Assembly (NCBI RefSeq): GCF_009914755.1
Contig: NC_060930.1
Direction: 5' to 3' (one strand)
From: the human T2T-CHM13v2.0 reference genome, Homo sapiens
Length of the DNA stretch: 64,000 nucleotides
Shown here: positions 1 to 13,678 of the stretch, in pieces
How the letters are laid out: each line of letters begins with the position of its first letter
Position numbering within the stretch: the first letter of the stretch is position 1
Translations under genes and position numbers: made by a program
Notes under the pieces: model-generated
The model's database searches: none
What the model saw: the letters and a program-made list of their open reading frames with translations, nothing else
What the model was told of the DNA's origin: nothing

Positions 1-633
1 CATCTCACATACATAAAATTGTAAACGTATTGCTTTTACAATAATATGTACTGTCTGCCTAGTTTGTTTTTCTTATGGCTCTTGTCAGCTGAGGAAATTT
101 CACTTTGTAACTGCCCTGTTAATTCTGCCTTTCTGGGTCTGAGCAGTGTAACAATGTGGCATCCAGAGCTTATCCAGATGAGCGGAGAGCAAATGAATTT
201 CCTTCTGCTCCCCTGTTGAAGAGGAGAGAAAAATTCTTCAAGCTGTAAGTGCTCAGAGAGCATCATACTATTCTTTACAGTAGACTAATCTCAAGACCAT
301 GAGTTCCTAGGGGCTGCAGAGTCCAAGGCAAATCCCACTGATCCTTTCTCATATTTGCACAGGGGTCAAATCAAGTTCAGAGGAATAGCCCCATGGGGAT
401 GGGAAGCCTCCAGATATGCAGGTAAAGGAAAGGCCATGCAAGAGAGAAGCCTGCAGCCTCCAGGGACTTGCTTTGGCGACTGGGGTGTGGGGTGTTTACG
501 GCCTCATTTTGTGCCAAAGCCACTCTCTTTTCCCGGACTCACTACTTCTCAGAGTCCCTCCTGACCATGAAAATTAGGACAGAAAATCACAAGGCAGTCA
601 CCCCAATTTCTTAAAGTCTAGGAACAACTCAGC

Positions 634-775
634 TAGGGCCAGCTTCCTGGGCATGCGACCTGTGCAGTCACAAAGGGCTCCAGGCTTACAAGAGCCCCGC
701 ACTTGGCATAATGCTCTGCCATCTCCATCTTGAAATTCTTAAGACTCTTTGAACAAAGAGTCCATTTATTTATGA
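634..775. mobile_element. MER91A-like hAT DNA transposon remnant
   Basis: AGGGCCAGCTTCCTGGGCATGCGACCTGTGCAGTCACA...CTTGAAATTCTTAA resembles the MER91A consensus. Confidence 0.7.
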
Positions 776-1839
776 ATATCCAGATCTTGTATACAAAGCC
801 ATAAAGCATTTTTAGCACAAGAACACAAGCTGTTGCTCATCTTAGTGCACTCTTATCAATGACAAGAGAACCAAAGGATGGAAATAATTAGGCTAAGACT
901 AAAATGAGCCCAATTTTTAATAAAAATTAAATTTTAGGGGCACTATGATACAGAGGTCAGAGGTATTTTTCTAGGATATGTGTCATTTCTGCTTTCCATC
1001 TGGTTTGATTATTTTGAGATAGTATGTGGTTTGCTAGACATTTCAAACCAGACATACAATACAGCTACCTAAAAGTCACTGTAGGTTTTTGATTTTTTTT
1101 TTTAATAAAGTGAGAAAACCTGAGTGCAAACCTAGGTATTGGATAATAGCATATCTGTTAACACCAAGGAACAGTGCCAGCCCTATACAGAAGTGAAGAC
1201 TGTGAAGTTTCAAAGCATCCCTTTACCTCCTCTTTCAGTATCCCTTTATCCCATTATGTTTGTACCCCTTTCTCCTTATAGTAAAAATAGATTTCTGGGA
1301 AACTTACATATAAAATCTTGTCCCCTCTGCCACTGAGTTGAGCCAAAAGTCTACATCCCATTTCTATGTGGCTTTGTTCTCTGCTGACTTTAATGGTTAG
1401 AAAGCTATCTGATAATTAATCCCTGTAAAATTATTACCTGGTAGTACTAACTTAAGATGTGACTTCTACCTGGGATGCTCTGCATTTTAATACTTTATAA
1501 ATATCTCAAAGTCTTAAAGATTCAAGAAATGAATTTCTCCCAGAGCCATTGTAAAGCCCACTGACAAGCCAGTGGGTGCTTCCTGAAGGCCTTTGATTGC
1601 ATCTGGCAGACAGCTGCCTTCGTGTCTGCTTGGAAGAGCTGCCCATGATGGCAATGTGTGGCCAAGAAATAGAAGAAACCATTCCAGTGATTCCTTTAGT
1701 TCATGCTAAACTTGAATAGCTCAGTAGTTCATCCAGACTAATGATTTACATCTTGTCACATTGTCCCACTTATGGTAGATGCTAACATACAGGAAAAGCA
1801 ACGTCCTTTACATAACCCCAGTACTTCCTCTCCCGTTCT

Positions 1840-3335
1840 CCTTGCTGACTTTGCTTCCTAGGTCACCGAGAAAATGAAAATCACTGGAGAACTTTCACAA
1901 TCTCTCACCACATCTCCCACTTGCCAGCAACTACTCTCACAGATACTCTTCTCTTTTCATTCATGAAGAATTGTCCATATTTCTCTTTAAGGCCACTGGA
2001 TCCCATCACCTGCTCAAGGTCATCACTCCCGCAGTTCACTCCTCACTTATGGATTATTTCCATCTGCATGCAAATGCACCATCTTATCTGAAAATCAATA
2101 ACAACCCCCTCTCTTGACCCCACTTTCTGCCCAGGCTACTGATCATTTCTATTTCAGTTCACATCAAAACTCCTTGAAAAACTTACCTACCCTTACTGTT
2201 CCAACTTCTTGCCTCTCATTCTCCTTCAACCTGCTTCAGTCGAGTTTTTGTTCCTGCTCACTCCACCAAAACTGCTCTTGTTAAGTTCCCCAGTGACTTC
2301 CATGTTGCTTAACCCGATGGTTCATTCTCAGGCCTCTCAGCCACATCTGAGACAGTTCATCACTCCCTTCTCCCAGAAATTCTCTTTGCTTGGCTTCCAG
2401 GATCCCAGGCTCTCCTGATTTTCTTTCTACCTCATTGGCTGCTCTTCCTCAGATCCTTTGCTGATTCTTCCCCCATCGCTTTGTCCCCTTAACAATGGAG
2501 TGCTCCAAGGTAAGCCTCAGACCATTTTTCTTCTGAATCTACACTCACTCTTTTGGCCATCTCATGGAGACTCATGGCTTTAAATACCATGTATATGCTA
2601 AATACTCCCAAAGCTGTCTCTACAGCGCAGACTTTTCTTTGAAACTCCAGGCTCATATCTCCAGCTGTCTACTCTACTTCAGCGTCTAGCAGGCATCTCA
2701 CTCTTAATCCTCATTTTACTTTCCAAGTCCACTCTTTTCTCTCTTCCCCCTAGTCTATTCTCAGCAGGCTAGCCAGAGTGATCCTATTAAACCATGGGGC
2801 AGATCATATCACTCTTCTACTTCAGACCCTACAATGGCTTCTGGTCACTCTTAGAAAAAAATCAAAGTCCTTACCATGACTTATTTAGGCCTTACCCAGT
2901 CTGCCCACGGTTACTTTCTGTTCATTCTGTGCCAGCCAAACTAGCCTTCCAGCTGCTCCTGGAACAGGCCAGTCATGTTCATGCCTAAGGGCCTGCTCAG
3001 TTGCTGTCCCCTTTGCCCAAATTGCTCTTCCCTCAGATATCTGCATGGATTCTTCCATTGCCTCTTTCAGGTCTTCATTCAGACATTCCTTTTTGTGGAT
3101 ACTTTCCTTGACCACCCTATTAAAATTGCAATGCCCTTTCTTACCCACCTTCTCTAATTTATCACTCCCCTTGGTACTATCACCTTCTAAACATTTACTG
3201 ATTTACTTTATTATGTCTCCCGCATCCCCAGAATGTAAGCTTTATGAGGGGTGGGATCTCCATCTGTTACCTGATGTATCCCCATGCCCATGTCAGCCAT
3301 AGAAGGTGCTCAATACACACTTGTTAAATATTTGA
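1840..3335 (+). mobile_element. LINE-2 3' segment
   Basis: Pyrimidine-rich L2 motifs (CTTGGCTTCCAGGA, ATGGCTTTAAATACCAT, GAATGTAAGCT...GTGCTCAATA end). Confidence 0.85.
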
Positions 3336-3649
3336 TAATGTATCTCTGTATCAAAGAACATAGTCTGCATGTGATCTTCAGAAAACCAGTTTTCCAAAGG
3401 AAGGGATCAGATCTCCAACTAGGGTTCTTTCTTAAGCTCTTCACAAAGCTGAAGCACTCGCTGTGAGGCAGACCCTTGTGTTTGTGCGGTGGGCTGAGCA
3501 TTCCCTGTGAACCCTCGCTGCCCATTCACACCACTGAAAGCTCTTTCTGCTGAACACGTGAAACTGAAACACCGTGCAACATTTTTACTATTGGTTCAGG
3601 AGTACTCTTTTGACTTAGTAATGATCAGGCAGCTTTGTTTTCCAGGAAA

Positions 3650-4218
3650 TGCTTCTTTTTAAATGTTATTTTATTTGTAGCAATAAAATAGGCTTCAAGA
3701 TTCACATATTATTATCTCTTGCATTTATTCTACTTTTTAGTCACATCAAGTAACTGCACATTTAAAATAATTGCTTTCACTGGAGGTTGTAGCAAAAAAG
3801 TGAATTCCGGAAATGCCTATGTGGACAGTAGCAACCCACCCTCAGGCTGAGAATACTTGCTGGCTGTTTCTTGAGAAGCAACTCCTGAGTCCATAGGGCA
3901 AGACAATGCATTTGAGTAAATGTGAGAAAAGAATTGAGAAAGTGGAATTTCATTCTCCCAGTTTTGATGCAGAAAAGGGCAAACTGCCCATAGTTATCCA
4001 CCCCCTCCCCAATTATAACAATGAGAAATACAAGAAAAATTTGTAAAGTTTATTCACAATGCAGTTGTTGAAAGGAATAAAACAGTTGGCAATGGCATCT
4101 CGCTTCTGAATTTGATTTATAAAAACATTAGGGAGCTCTTTTTTTGTATTTTGCTATTTCACTGGGGAATGATGAAGAGAGAGTCTTTTTTTATACTTAT
4201 AAATTTCAGACTTTGATG
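3650..4218 (-). other. POPDC3: POPDC3 3' UTR with polyadenylation signals
   Basis: AT-rich unique sequence after the stop; minus-strand AATAAA at 4049-4054, 3724-3729 and 3670-3675. The cleavage site is inferred. Confidence 0.7.
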
Positions 4219-4500
4219 TCATTTATCACAGTATCGTCTGGAATTCTGAAAATGTTGTGTCAGGGGTGATCTGCGTATTTCTGGAGTTGACATTTGATAG
4301 AAGTTGGGTAGCCGAATATCATAGTGATATCTTTTTCCTATATATACCCTGTCATTCAAGGCATAGAGTTTATCTGCAATGTCACTGCCAATTAGCACTG
4401 AAAAAAGGCGGGAGATGTAGCGATGCTGAGCAAAGAGCAGATATAATTTCTTTCTCCTCCAAGACACATATCGACAATCAGTTTCTGCAGTGAGGGTTAC
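4219..4500 (-). CDS. POPDC3: POPDC3 last coding exon (exon 4) to stop
   Basis: Acceptor TTTTTTAG|GTA at 4501/4500. Reads VTLTAETDCRYVSWRRKKLYLLFAQHRYISRLFSVLIGSDIADKLYALND...NSRRYCDK*; total CDS 876 nt = 291 aa. Confidence 0.96.
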   Translation of the reverse strand, partial: VTLTAETDCRYVSWRRKKLYLLFAQHRYISRLFSVLIGSDIADKLYALNDRVYIGKRYHYDIRLPNFYQMSTPEIRRSPLTQHFQNSRRYCDK

Positions 4501-5459
4501 CTAAAAAACACAAGACCACACATAAACAGATGTGGAAGCAAGAAAACTTCTGCCACATTTTTAGTACCCCAATTGTTAAATTAATTTCACGTGCTGCCTT
4601 TTTTTTAGGTTGAAAAAGCCCACTGACCTACAATATATTGCAAAAATAGAAACTACAAAATTCGTTACTACATACATAATTTATAATATGAATAATCACA
4701 ATGTTCTAGCCATCTTCAATCTGTCTGTTTTTCTAAGTTCCAGTATCTACATTTCTTTTATTGAAGGGAGAACTACTTGATCTTAAAAAAAAAAAAAGTT
4801 GGCTGATGTTACAGAAATATTTCCAAGTCACTTCTGAAGACTGTGGACATTTAACCCTAATGCAGTTTCTGCAGTAGAAAACAGAATTTATATACCTAAT
4901 TTGCATACATATTTGAGTTTGTTGCATACACACATATATTTGTTAGAAAACTGTGTAACAAAATAAATGAAACCTGCTGAAATGATTATCTTTCAAAACT
5001 GCCAGACGTGGCAGCAGAGTAAGGACAGTAAGTTTAGCATTCTGTTGCTGTAAAACAACTGAAATCCACTGGCATTTTAAATTTTAAAAATCATTTATTT
5101 TTTAGTAAGTGCAGTTTTTTGTTCTTGATGTTTTCTAGACGTCGCATTAGCAGTGTTTAGTCAAATCTCAATTATATTTTAATTCCTAAATACGCAGTTA
5201 TGCAAAGTAAAGCTTAAAGTATTGATCACAGCCTCCTTCCTGTCATATGTAGCACCTGTTCTTCTCATCGCTGGACCTATAAAGTGGCATTAATCATCAA
5301 GAGTCCAGCAGAATTGGGAAAGTCATGTATGCTGCAAAGTACATTCCAAAGTCTTAAAATATTCTTGTCTTATCCACTGTTGTTTATTTGTTTACTTATT
5401 TTTAAACAAACATCTGTTTGAAAGAGGGAGTGCTAACTGTGTGTTCTGGTATCCCTTAC

Positions 5460-5568
5460 CTGAAAAATGCCTTCCTCTGTGGGTCTCAGTGAATCCCACT
5501 CAGGAGAATCCAGGAACTGAAGGGGGAAAATGTAATGCAGAAATTCGCCATCAACTGTCACTCTGATC
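5460..5568 (-). CDS. POPDC3: POPDC3 coding exon 3 (109 nt), contains FLDSPEW phosphate-binding motif
   Basis: Acceptor TTTGATAG|G at 5569/5568 and donor CAG|GTAAGG at 5460/5459. Reads (R)IRVTVDGEFLHYIFPLQFLDSPEWDSLRPTEEGIFQ; 485+109=594 nt keeps frame. Confidence 0.96.
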
Positions 5569-5956
5569 CTATCAAAACACAAGAACAACATTTATAAGGG
5601 AAGGAGAAAGAGAGCACATAATTGGGGAGGGGTGGGGGGTAGAGGAAGTGTATTTCAGATCCCTGATGACTCTTGCCCTTTATGATTTTGAAAGGCAAAA
5701 TATTAAATTCATACATTATAATAAGTGACATAATGTCCTGTAAGATTCATGTTATCATGTTCCTTATACAGTCAGGATTCTGGAATATTGAGTGAAATTC
5801 ATCAGAAAATTCATCAAGTTGTACATTTATATATGTCCATTTATGTGTGCATATTATACTTCAATAAAACATTTTAATGGACTTTGTCAGATTTTAAATT
5901 AAGTAGGGAAACATTTAAGAACATAGAGGAGTTCTGCAAATACCTCTGTAAACCAA

Positions 5957-6266
5957 ATTTTTATTTTTTATTTATTTTTTGACAGAGTCTCACTCTGTCG
6001 CCCAGCGTGGAGTGCAGTGGCACAATCTGGGCTCCCTGCAACCTCCTCCTCCCAGGTTCAAGCGATTCTTGTGCCTCAGCCTCCTGAGTAGCTGGGATTA
6101 CAAGCGTGCACTACGATGTCCAGCTAAGTTTTTTGTATTTTTAGTAGAGACAGGGTTTCAACATGTTGGCCAGGCTGGTCTCGAACTCCTGACCTCAAGT
6201 GACCGACCCACTAGCCTCGGCCTCCCAAAGTGCTGGGATTACAGGCGTGAGCCACCGCGCCTGGCC
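5957..6266 (-). mobile_element. Alu (S-type), intron 2
   Basis: Full dimer, poly-T at left. Confidence 0.95.
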
Positions 6267-6344
6267 TGTAAGCCACATTTTTAACTTTTTGAAAACCATG
6301 AGTAATCCCATTATTGTTTCCTCTCCCAAACTTTGTTTTCAAAG

Positions 6345-6684
<340 letters not shown>

Positions 6685-7177
6685 TAGATTTCTATATATG
6701 TTCCTGAAGTGTCTCCCCAGCCTGCTTCTCATGGGCAATTGCTAGAATTTACTGAAGAAAAAAAGATAATAATAAAATTTAAATGTTTTCTGTTACTTAA
6801 AAGAAAGCCCTATCAAAGAGTCTTTAAAATATTTTGCACGCCAATATAAGTATTCTATTAATTCAAGCTGACATCATCCTCTTCTCGACTTTCAGTAATT
6901 AGGAAACAAATATCATATCACATAAACAAATTCATACTTTATGTAATTTGATTTCTAAGATGAAATATTAAGGCTCTTGATTATTTTCTGCTTCAAGTAA
7001 ATAATGCCATATACTCTAAATGGCTATGTCTGTGACTCAAGTATCAAAGACTTCCTCAAGCCTCAGGGTGCTAAATGCCACCCAGGACTATGTGATACTG
7101 AGATGGAAAAATATAGTGGAAAGAAACACAAACAACTAATACTTGAGGAAAGACATGCAAGCACCAAAGGTACAAAC

Positions 7178-7662
7178 CTTCCTGAAACAAGCAAGGAGAG
7201 TTTATCAATGGAAGTTTTCCCCTGCATGGCATAACAGTGTTCCTTTTCCAAAGTAACCACTTCAGAGCTCAAAGCAATCGTTCTGAAGACAGGCAAAGAG
7301 ATCCCCAGGGGCTGGAAAAGGGAGCTGTACAACACTTGGAATTCTCGGGCAAAGGTTATGCTGCGAACTTGATATGCAATATGAACAAATTGCATGAAGC
7401 AGATGACAAACAGTACAAAATTCCAGGAAAATATGTCAGCTGCACAGACATCTACCCAAGCCCAGACAGCAGAACAGAGAAAACCCAACCCCAGCAAACT
7501 GAAGACATAAAGGAGCCCGAAGAATCCACTGCCACCCATGAAACCTACTACAAATAAAATACTGGCAAGATGATAAATGGCTCCTTCGGCCTCTTGCTTC
7601 CAGGTTGTGCAGACTGGGTGTTCATCTATTAGGTTCTTCCATAAACTTGAATTTCTTTCCAT
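7178..7662 (-). CDS. POPDC3: POPDC3 first coding exon (exon 2), codons 1-162: three TM helices and start of Popeye domain
   Basis: ORF MERNSSLWKNLIDEHPVCTTWKQEAEGAIYHLASILFVVGFMGGSGFFGLLY...KTSIDKLSLLVSGR is recognisable as POPDC3. Strong Kozak GCCATGG; donor AG|GTTTGT at 7178/7177; 485 nt (phase 2). Confidence 0.97.
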
Positions 7663-7913
7663 GGCTGTATTACTGCCTGCTTCACTTTTCAGTTGACTTT
7701 AGATGACACTGAAACAGGTAACTAAGTCCTTTGGTTCTCCATCATGAGAGTTTTGTGCAGTCTTCACAAAACCAGAGAAAACGGACACTGGAGTTGATGC
7801 TGATTAAAGGCTTCGTGTGTACGGATCTTGAAAAACTAAGAATCCCATGCTCGCTTCTTTAAGTTCATCTGGGCTCCTGATTTGGATCCAGTCTGCAAAT
7901 ATTTTGGTATTTC
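7663..7913 (-). other. POPDC3: POPDC3 exon 2 5' UTR portion (251 nt)
   Basis: Strong polypyrimidine acceptor CCTTTATCTTTTTTTCTCTTGCATAG|GAAATA at 7914/7913 upstream of the ATG. Confidence 0.85.
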
Positions 7914-8202
7914 CTATGCAAGAGAAAAAAAGATAAAGGATCTAATTAAACAAAAAGGAGAATTGTGGGGTATATTTAATGATCAGCAGCATTACTTAGC
8001 AAGCTGACCTCCCATTTTCTATGAAGTTAGAGTATTTTAAGCACAAATGCTGTTGGGTGTTAAATTTCTATGGTATAAAAAGTATATTTATTAAAATTAG
8101 CTACATATTTTTCAAGGTAGCTAAGTGCTCTATATTAATCTCGTCTCTATGGGAGTGATTCAGTGTACCTCACAATCACTCGGGACAGTGACTAAAAATG
8201 CG

Positions 8203-8483
8203 GGCCGGGCGAGGTGGCGTGTGCCTGGAATCCCAGCCCTTTGGGAGGCTGAGGTGGGTGGATCACTTGAGGCCAGAAGTTCGAGACCAGCCTGGCCAAC
8301 ATGGCGAAACCCTGTCTCTACTAAAAATAGAAAAATTACCCAGGCGTGGTGGCGTGCGCCTGGGATCCCAGCTACTCAGGATGCTGAGGCACAAGAATCA
8401 CTTGAACTTGGGAGACAGGCTTCAGTGAGCCGAGATCATCTTACCACTGCACTTCAGCCTAGGCGAAAAGAGTAAGACTCTGT
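8203..8483 (+). mobile_element. Alu, intron 1, inserted in a MER5-like element (~8161-8641)
   Basis: GGCCGGGCGAGGTGGC start; degenerate tail; flanks carry MER5 motifs (AGAATC...GGTGGGGCCCAG...TGATTCTGATG). Confidence 0.9.
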
Positions 8484-11400
8484 ATTAATACATATATATA
8501 TTTGCAGATTCATGGACTGCTTCCAGATACATGAACCAGAATCATTGCGGGTGGGGCCCAGATGTTTGTATTTTAAGCTCCCCATGTGATTCTGATGTGT
8601 TAATCCATGGTCCTCCATGGCCCACCCTTTGAGGGATACTGTCTGATAATAGATTATTCACTCTTTACACATTAATTTGAGGCTTAGAGAGGTCAGGTAA
8701 TTTATCCCAGGCCACACAGTGGTCACTGGCAGAGCAGAACTTTGGCGCTCATGCCCATATGCTGGGTCCAATCGTGTGGCCTCTCAGGAAAGATTTTTAA
8801 ATTTGGCATGATAAGGAACCCTATTATATCAATAAACATAAGAAACATAATTAGAAGTCACATTCTAAGAGCATTAATTGACTATGGAAATATTTAATAA
8901 ATTAGATTGAAATTATTTGAGAAACAAATGTACTACTTTGTTGTATTAGTGGTTATTTCAGGTTAAAGCTTGCATCATATGATGAAATAAATATTAATAT
9001 TCCTGTTACTTACATATTTATTTATCAGATGGTCAAAAATATTACCAACTCTGTTCCTCTGCACATACATTCTCTACCCTTTCAGCCATATGGTGGAAAT
9101 GCTAATATGTAATCTGAGTCAGGAGAGCATTAGCCATGATGACAGAGCTACAGGATATATGTATCATTTGCCACCCAGTTTCCTAACAATAAATGATTTC
9201 AGTGTAAAGCATTCATGACATTGATTTTTTAAAACCATGGTAACATTCAAAAGCCTTGAACTTGTGTGCTATATTTAGTGTTTTATTTTTGAAATAGATT
9301 ATTTCCAGCACACCTGTTAATAAACTATCAGATATCACAGATCTTGCCCCATAGGAGAAAAAATACAGAGGTGAAAATGACTTAGCTGGAGTAAAAAATG
9401 GAACAGTGTAATCACCAACAGAAGTAGAAATGGAAATAAAGGAGCTGTTGTTGAAGTTCCTGATTTTTCATCTTGGATAGTGATTCTTTTCTCAGTAAGT
9501 AATGACTTCAAGAACACTGCCAGGTGAATCATTTAAAAAAAAAGAAAAAAAAAGCTTAGACTTACAACTTATAGTCATATTGTTGTTTTTGCTTGTTTTC
9601 AAATACATTTCAAACATGCTGCATATCCCTAATTATTCTCCCCATCAATCAATCTACGAGATGATGGTGATGAAATTGAAGACAGGCCAGCATCCTGAAC
9701 ATGTTCAATTTCTCCTCTTTTAAACAAAGCACAAAATTCTATTCTACTGGGTATTACAACAAAGAAAAATTATTGTTCAAATACAATGAGTAGTGAGAAC
9801 TGCAAAATACCAGGCTGCAAATGTCAGTCTCCCTGCTGTTTCAAAACTAGGGTATTTTAAATCAATCAATTCTTCAGGATACCAAACACACCCACGAAAG
9901 CCAGTTTAAAAAGATTTGCTAGTGGAGCTCTGAACTTTGGTTTGAACTTCCTTAAAAATTTATAATCCTCAGCGAAATGTTAAAATGATGCTAATAGAGA
10001 AAGGCCATGTAAAACGTTCGTGGCAATTCAGAAGGGAACTTCTGGGAATCCTGTCTCCTTAAAAATCTTGATTTGTAGGATATATTGGGGCTTCTGCATT
10101 CCAGGGTCATGACCCATTATGATTATAAGGGGAACTGTGCTTCCGTCTTTACTAATCTACTTCGTTTCATTCAGCTGTTACCAAACCATCTTTTTATCCT
10201 TGATACTGTACTGCTCAATGCAGCGTGCTGACTTGCCCTGATTAAATTACTCCACACCCAGCCCTTCTTCACTTGTGTTTTTATTTGGTCACCAAAACAG
10301 ATATGCTTTATTAGAAGTGGAAGAACTGACAGGGGCAGGTGATGAGCAGGAGTGTCCTTCTGACATGTGCCAGCAGCACTATATGAATGTCCAACATGAT
10401 TCATCAACCAGCTGTCTGCCTTAAAGGCCTGTAAGCCTGAGGTCATGTTTTGCGTAAATAAATGCTGACATGCCAAAGTGGCACAATGGATTTCTTTCCT
10501 AAGCACTAGAGTTGATCTTCACTGCAAAGTAAGTTAGCACACTGAGCTACAAATGATGAAGACAAACTTAAGTGCAAATAAACACAGTTGTTCCAAGCTC
10601 ATCTGGGTTTTTTTCTCTTTAAATTGTTAAGATTACGAGTTATAAAGGAATAGGAAATGTAAATGAAGATACAAGGATGCTCAATGAAATGCAAAGTAAA
10701 CCTGCTGGCAAATTAGCTAGAAACTGCATTTATTGCAACAGAACTTCTGCATTTATTATCTCATTGCCACGAGGGAGGCAGAATCTAAATCATCATGTCC
10801 AGCTTACAAATGAGAAAAGAAGGGCACAGATTGGTTGAGTCTCTGGCTTCAGGTAAAACAGGTGGTGGCATGGAGCTCCAATTCCCGTCCGCCCCTCTTT
10901 AGACCCTCTCCAACATTCAGTGCCAGCTCTCAAGACTGTGAATCAAATATTAATGTTTTGGGGAACCCAAGTGGGATATTCTTCCAGGGCTGCTTTGCCA
11001 AGAAAATAAAAATCCTAACCATGGATATTTCAGACTTACCCTATAAGTTCTTGTACTGTTCAGTCTGTAACTCTTAGAATACTGCTGGAGACACAGAGAG
11101 CCGCTCATGAATAATTTGCTGTATTATTCAATATTGACTGGTTTCCTCTCCTAGACTGAAATTCTAAGGGGCAGCAGGGGCAAAGACAAATGCTTTTGTA
11201 TTTCTGAGCCTTAGCACTCAATAAGTTTGGCTTAATACATTGGTACAGAAGTGCAAGCACTCTGCCTTCTCCCTTCTCACTCTCTATCCAATGTAACAGA
11301 TATTGTAACATCTTCTGTCATCTATGGGCACAGAATTGGGGGGCTCCAAATGTCCAAGATGTTTAAGTGCAAAAACACAGAGGAGCTGGGGCATCACTTT

Positions 11401-11669
11401 TTCAAAATGCCTGGCACAACCCCAAATGCATAAGGGAATCCTTTTGTCTGTTCACAACCTTGAACTCCTTAAGAACAGTTTATTGCTTTGATTAAAAACA
11501 ACAACTTGGGTAGTCAGTGGTATTGAGTGAGTTTTGGTTGCTAAGCAACCCACAAACTGAAAATTCCATCAATATTCTACTCATTAATTGGGATCAGCTC
11601 TCAACTTTGGCATGTGTTCCCTAAGCTAAATTATCATTTTGTTAGTTTTTTCGACTTGTCCTTGAGGTG

Positions 11670-11970
11670 GTACATTTACCCAGCAACTATGTGCCAGGCA
11701 TATTTTTAAAATTATCTCATTTAACAACCCCAGGAGGAAAGTACTATTATCTCCATTTTACACATAAGAAAATTTAAATTCAGCAAAAAACTAAGTTGTT
11801 CAATGTCACATTGCTTATAATGGAACTAAGATTCCACCCAAGAGAAGGGTTCTAGTCTTAGCTGTATCCCTAGATAGCTATGTGATTTTCATCTCCTTAG
11901 ACTGGTTTCCTCATTGGTAAAATGAAAGAATTGGACAACATCATAAGAGCTCTAAAATGACATGACTCTG
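11670..11970. mobile_element. Two MIR fragments in opposite orientation
   Basis: TATTATCTCCATTTTACA (minus core) then GTTTCCTCATTGGTAAAATG (plus core). Confidence 0.65.
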
Positions 11971-12044
11971 TATGATGTGGAGTAGAAGATGATTCCAAAC
12001 ATGGGTCAAAATATAGAGCCGAGTGGCAGAACTGAATTAAGACT

Positions 12045-12182
12045 GCAGGTCTTAACACCAGGTGTTTGACTGGGGCCCAGCTCCAGAGACTGTTACTTAA
12101 CTGGCCTGTTTTGTCGCCGGGGCACTGAATTTTTTTCACAAACTTCCCAGGGATTTTGATGTTCAACCAGGGTTAAGAAGTG
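12045..12182. mobile_element. MER5A-like remnant
   Basis: CTGGGGCCCAGCTCCAGAGA...AAACTTCCCAGGGATTTTGATG...CCAGGGTTAAGAA. Confidence 0.6.
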
Positions 12183-12622
12183 TCGAACAAATCTAAGAGA
12201 TAGGAAGGAGGTGACAGGTGGGGGTGGGGGAGGGAAAAGAGACACCAGAACATTCCACAGAATAAAGGATCTGGATTTTAATCCTTGTTTTTAAAGAGCC
12301 AGAAAGGTACATTTCCTCTTCATGTGTTCTCACTTCCATCCTTTACCTCGGTGAAAAGACGTTTTCCTTCCGTACACTCATCAGTCCAAGAGGGATGAAG
12401 CTTGTGGAAATTTTGCAGCAGCCTTCCCTGACCATGGTGGCCTGAAGTGCACCTTGTAAGCTGAGTTTTTAATGGCCTTTATTATCTGTCTACATAGCCT
12501 CCATCATAGATTGTGTCATACTGACCATTATGTATATTTTTCCTTTTTAAAGCATCACAATTTTTTAATTTTTTCAGTTGGGTTACATAGTCAAGCATTT
12601 AAAAAAATGAACATAGATGGTT

Positions 12623-12646
12623 GTGTGTGTGTGTGTGTGTGTGTGT
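12623..12646. repeat. (TG)n microsatellite
   Basis: About 12 perfect TG units. Confidence 0.95.
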
Positions 12647-13118
12647 AGAATAACAGCTTTATTGATAGAGCATTGTGTGTGTGTATATATATATTTATAT
12701 AAATATATTTGAAATTTTCCTCTGTCTAGCACAAAGTGGTCTTTAGTAAACATTCACTAATAAAGACAAGAGTGCACAGGTAGAAAAACAGTGTTTGAAA
12801 TAAGCTTGGGATAAGGCTTAATAAATCAGAAAGCTCCTGAATCAACAGTTTAGATGTTGAATTAAAAAAAAAAGGGAAGCATGTATTAGACTATGAGGAA
12901 GAGGTGAAAGGATCTATTGAAACAGAGGAACGAAGAAGGGTTGAAGACATTTTGGGGTTATACAAGATCTTGAAGTTAGGGAAAAAGTCAGAGGAAAAAG
13001 GAACTCAGTTTTAGCCATGTTTAATCTGATGCTCTGAGTAGCAGAATTTACAGCAGAGGATAAGGGGTAGGATAAAGGGAGAGAGATTTAGCAGTTACTA
13101 TCACACAGGTCAATGCTA

Positions 13119-13678
<560 letters not shown>

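Noticed and set aside
7237-7557. 106-aa plus-strand ORF
   Set aside because: Antisense shadow of the POPDC3 hydrophobic coding exon with no independent support.
12340-12462. Possible cryptic exon (minus donor GAG|GTAAAG; plus acceptor/donor pair)
   Set aside because: Splice signals are moderate and cannot be paired confidently without transcript data.
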